From Massalongia carnosa (taxonomy: Eukaryota): a DNA stretch of 64,000 nt. The position numbers and the translations under genes were made by a program. Below are positions 61,279 to 64,000 of the stretch, piece by piece. The notes beneath the pieces were generated by a model. That model was not told the origin of the DNA, ran no database searches, and was given only the letters and a program-made list of their open reading frames with translations. The stretch's first letter is position 1, and every line of letters starts with the position of its first letter. The stretch is from the NCBI GenBank assembly GCA_965645245.1, contig OZ287073.1, forward strand, positions 1,240,001 through 1,304,000. Reading direction: 5' to 3'.

Positions 61279-62602
61279 AATCTTCATAATCGGCAATGCA
61301 TGTTTATGACATTTCTGCCATGTTTATAGGCATAGCGGAAGGTTCGGAATCTGGAGATTTCAACACTGGGAGCTACTATTGAGTTTCGATAGTAAAAAGA
61401 CTGATCAATTAGTTCTTGTATAATATGTGTTTCATGAAACATATTCTACTGTACACAAGAATGTTGGACAATTGTCGTGCATTCGTTGGAAGTGTTTTGT
61501 GATAAATGATGGAGTTGATGATGCGCAATTTTCTTTGCTCGGATAACAGAGGCACACTACAGAAACTTAGCTCCTAAGAAAAGTCGATACTCCACCTCAT
61601 CAACTTTTCTACGTGAATCTCCTCCTACTTCTCCCATTTATTTTCACAGGCATTCTAAGGATATCGCGAATCAGCATCTTTTCAGAAACTTCTCGAATTT
61701 CTTTTAGCCTCTATTGTTACAACGCTCTAAGTCATCGTCCGCTGCCGATTCTCTACCAGCAAGCGTCTTAGGTGATCGGCTGGGTATCTTACCGTGGATT
61801 CTGACTCCCTCGCCATACGACAACCTTAGCTTGCAAATATTGTTCAGTATCCAAGGTCTGTTTAGATTGTAGATATATGGGGAAGCATCTACCGATTTGA
61901 GGGCCAGATTTGCTAACTATCAGCACAGCTTTGACTGATCGTTTGGTTCGAGCATATTTGGTCAAATTAACCGTCCTGTAACGATACATTCATAGTTCGT
62001 TCACTCTCGCTGTAAAGGCGGCTACCTACGCCCCCCGATCTGAAAACACCCAATATTTTATTAGTGTGGAAAGATTTGGAAGTCGCAGGAGCAGAAGCTG
62101 GGAATAAAACAATTTGCCTTACCTTAAGCCCAGAGGACAGCACCGACAGTGTCAGCTTTACGGCTACCTTCCACCCCTGTTGAAGTTTCAACAGTTTCTA
62201 CTCGGAAAAATATCAAAGCGGGTGCCACCGACATCTTACACTTAATTCCAAGATTGTTACTCATTTGATAAATATTTCTTCCTAGTACACGTTGTCAATT
62301 GTGTTATCTCCGACACTGCTATCGTCTGACCGGTTCTTATTGAGCACATCCAAGCAAGAAATTTCATACACTAGGACTAGGAATTGCAGGTCCGGCTGGA
62401 ACCGGTCAAGGCTGGTTGGATCCGGTGGAGTTGTGGGTGGAGGTTGCACTACTTTCAGTTAATTGTGGGATAACTGAAGTAGTTGTTCTCAAAGTGTGTC
62501 AAGCCATCGTTGATATTCTTTCAACAGCGCAAGGACACGGAGCACCATTAGGCTCGTTGAGCTGCATAGACATAATAAGGTATATCCAGTTTAAAGCGCA
62601 AG

Positions 62603-64000
62603 ATGTCCTCAGCAACACAGAAAGCCTCGTGCGAAGTTTCACAAGGTGGAGCTGCATTTTCATACGCTCAAGCTGCCAAGGGTAGGTCACCGTCTATACC
62701 ATCAACGTTGCCATCCGGCAAAGCACTTTTGGAACTGGCCGATACTGATGGGCGAAGAACTTCGGTTCCTGAATCGAAGAATGCACCTGCTGAAGCAGCT
62801 AAAACTCATACAGAGGATCAAGCGGGCGTCAACCAGGAGGGACTTGATGCTAAGGCTCGTCCTGAGGCAAATCCAGCGCCAATAAACAGTTCAGAACAAG
62901 ATACAAAACACGTTATTCCGGCTCACGCAAGCCCTAATGGACAGCCTACGGTTACTAATTCCACGCCATCATCGCCAAGTTTCGGTACCGCATCGACATC
63001 GACTCTTCCGAAGGAAGACGAAATACTCTCAGCTGCAAACGGTTCGTCTGACTCTACCTGGGATAAACAATCTCAAGGATCTCAGAATGGGTTGAAGACT
63101 AGCGAGAAGGCGGAAACCGGCAAGGAGCCGACTAACACACCCACATGGGATGAAGAGTCCGTGCCTACCATATCTTTGAAGGAAGCGCCCCCACCAGCTG
63201 TCAATGTTTGGCAACATCGAAGAGAGATGCAGAACGCCAAAGCTAAAACTATACAGTCTGCGGGCCTACACTCAATCAAGCCAGCTAGTCATGGAGGTGG
63301 TAATGTAAGCCCGAAAAATGTTGCCAAGAGCTACGATAACGCTTTAGACCTAAGGAAGCAAGATGCTAAAAAGAAAATTAAGATTAGCCAAGGAGCTTCT
63401 GAGGAGAAAGTAGTGTCTGGAGGTAGCAAAGAAGTAAATAAATTGGCCGAGGGTAAACCACGTGGCGGAGAAGACGGTAAGTTTCTTTATTCCTTAAACA
63501 GCATTCCTCTAACCCTAAATAAGTTCCTGAGAGGGGTACTCGACGAGCTTCTCGCACTATAGATGCGGAAAAATTTACGCCAGCGGTTGTGGCTCCACCT
63601 CCTCCCCCCGGAGATGCGGTTTCTTGGCCAACTCCAGACAGTGCTCAGGGCGAAGAGAAGAAGAAGGCTCAGGAGCGAGCTGAGAAGAGCGATAAGGAGA
63701 AGACGCCAACGGGGAAACCTCACGGAAAGGAGAAGTGGATGCCTGTACCTTATGTACCTTCGGCGATTTTCAACACACCTTTACCTCCGGCACGAAGAGG
63801 TGGCCGGCCAGCTCGTGGTGGACGCGATAGTGGCCCTCGAATTGGAAGTGCCACACACGGGAATGTTGGGGTTGAGAAGACTTCATTAGCTATTCCCGAT
63901 GGTTCGATGGGTCCTCCGGCAAATAGTAATGATCATGGTAGAGCCGAGTTAGGCTCAACAAAGAATAACTCCGTTTCCTCAAGACCGAAGAGAGCTGCAA
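62603..64000 (+). CDS. La-related RNA-binding protein (LARP1/Sro9-like), 3' part outside the window
   Basis: FSYAQAAKG, EAPPPAVNVWQ, intron ~63477-63523, DAVSWPTP, GKEKWMPVPYVPS, RGG; the La motif itself is not in the window. Confidence 0.7.

Noticed and set aside
63509..63518. CTAACCCTAA, matching a telomerase template or telomeric repeat
   Set aside because: It is the CTAAC branch-point region of a short intron in the La-related gene.

Overview
Gene-dense, intron-containing DNA from a filamentous ascomycete (Pezizomycotina; a lichen-forming lineage is plausible but cannot be established here). About 22 protein-coding genes are recognisable by eye: GOS1 (partial), RPL35, a GPI-type protein, an aldo-keto reductase, a SUZ protein, SAP62/SF3A2, TBCE, COT1/CBK1, TIM54, NAT1, MIX23/CID2, an ABHD12-like hydrolase, Fpg, a 2-hydroxyacid dehydrogenase, an OefC-like Zn2Cys6 factor, CWF19L2, GPN1/NPA3, a La-related protein (partial) and several orphan or secreted proteins. 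Mobile DNA comprises a Fot1/pogo element with a Tigger-like element nested in it, a DD34E Tc1 element, an IS630/Tc1-type DD38E element with perfect 46-bp TIRs and an atypical 5-bp TSD, a small MITE family and a decayed Tad1-like LINE. The most notable unexplained signals are (i) a roughly 400-480 nt non-coding segment just upstream of Fpg that can fold into many helices and a pseudoknot (candidate ncRNA), (ii) the 5-bp-TSD Tc1-like element, and (iii) a tandem array of Yap1/AP-1 sites beside a MITE in a dehydrogenase promoter. All calls come from manual reading; no searches or folding programs were run.
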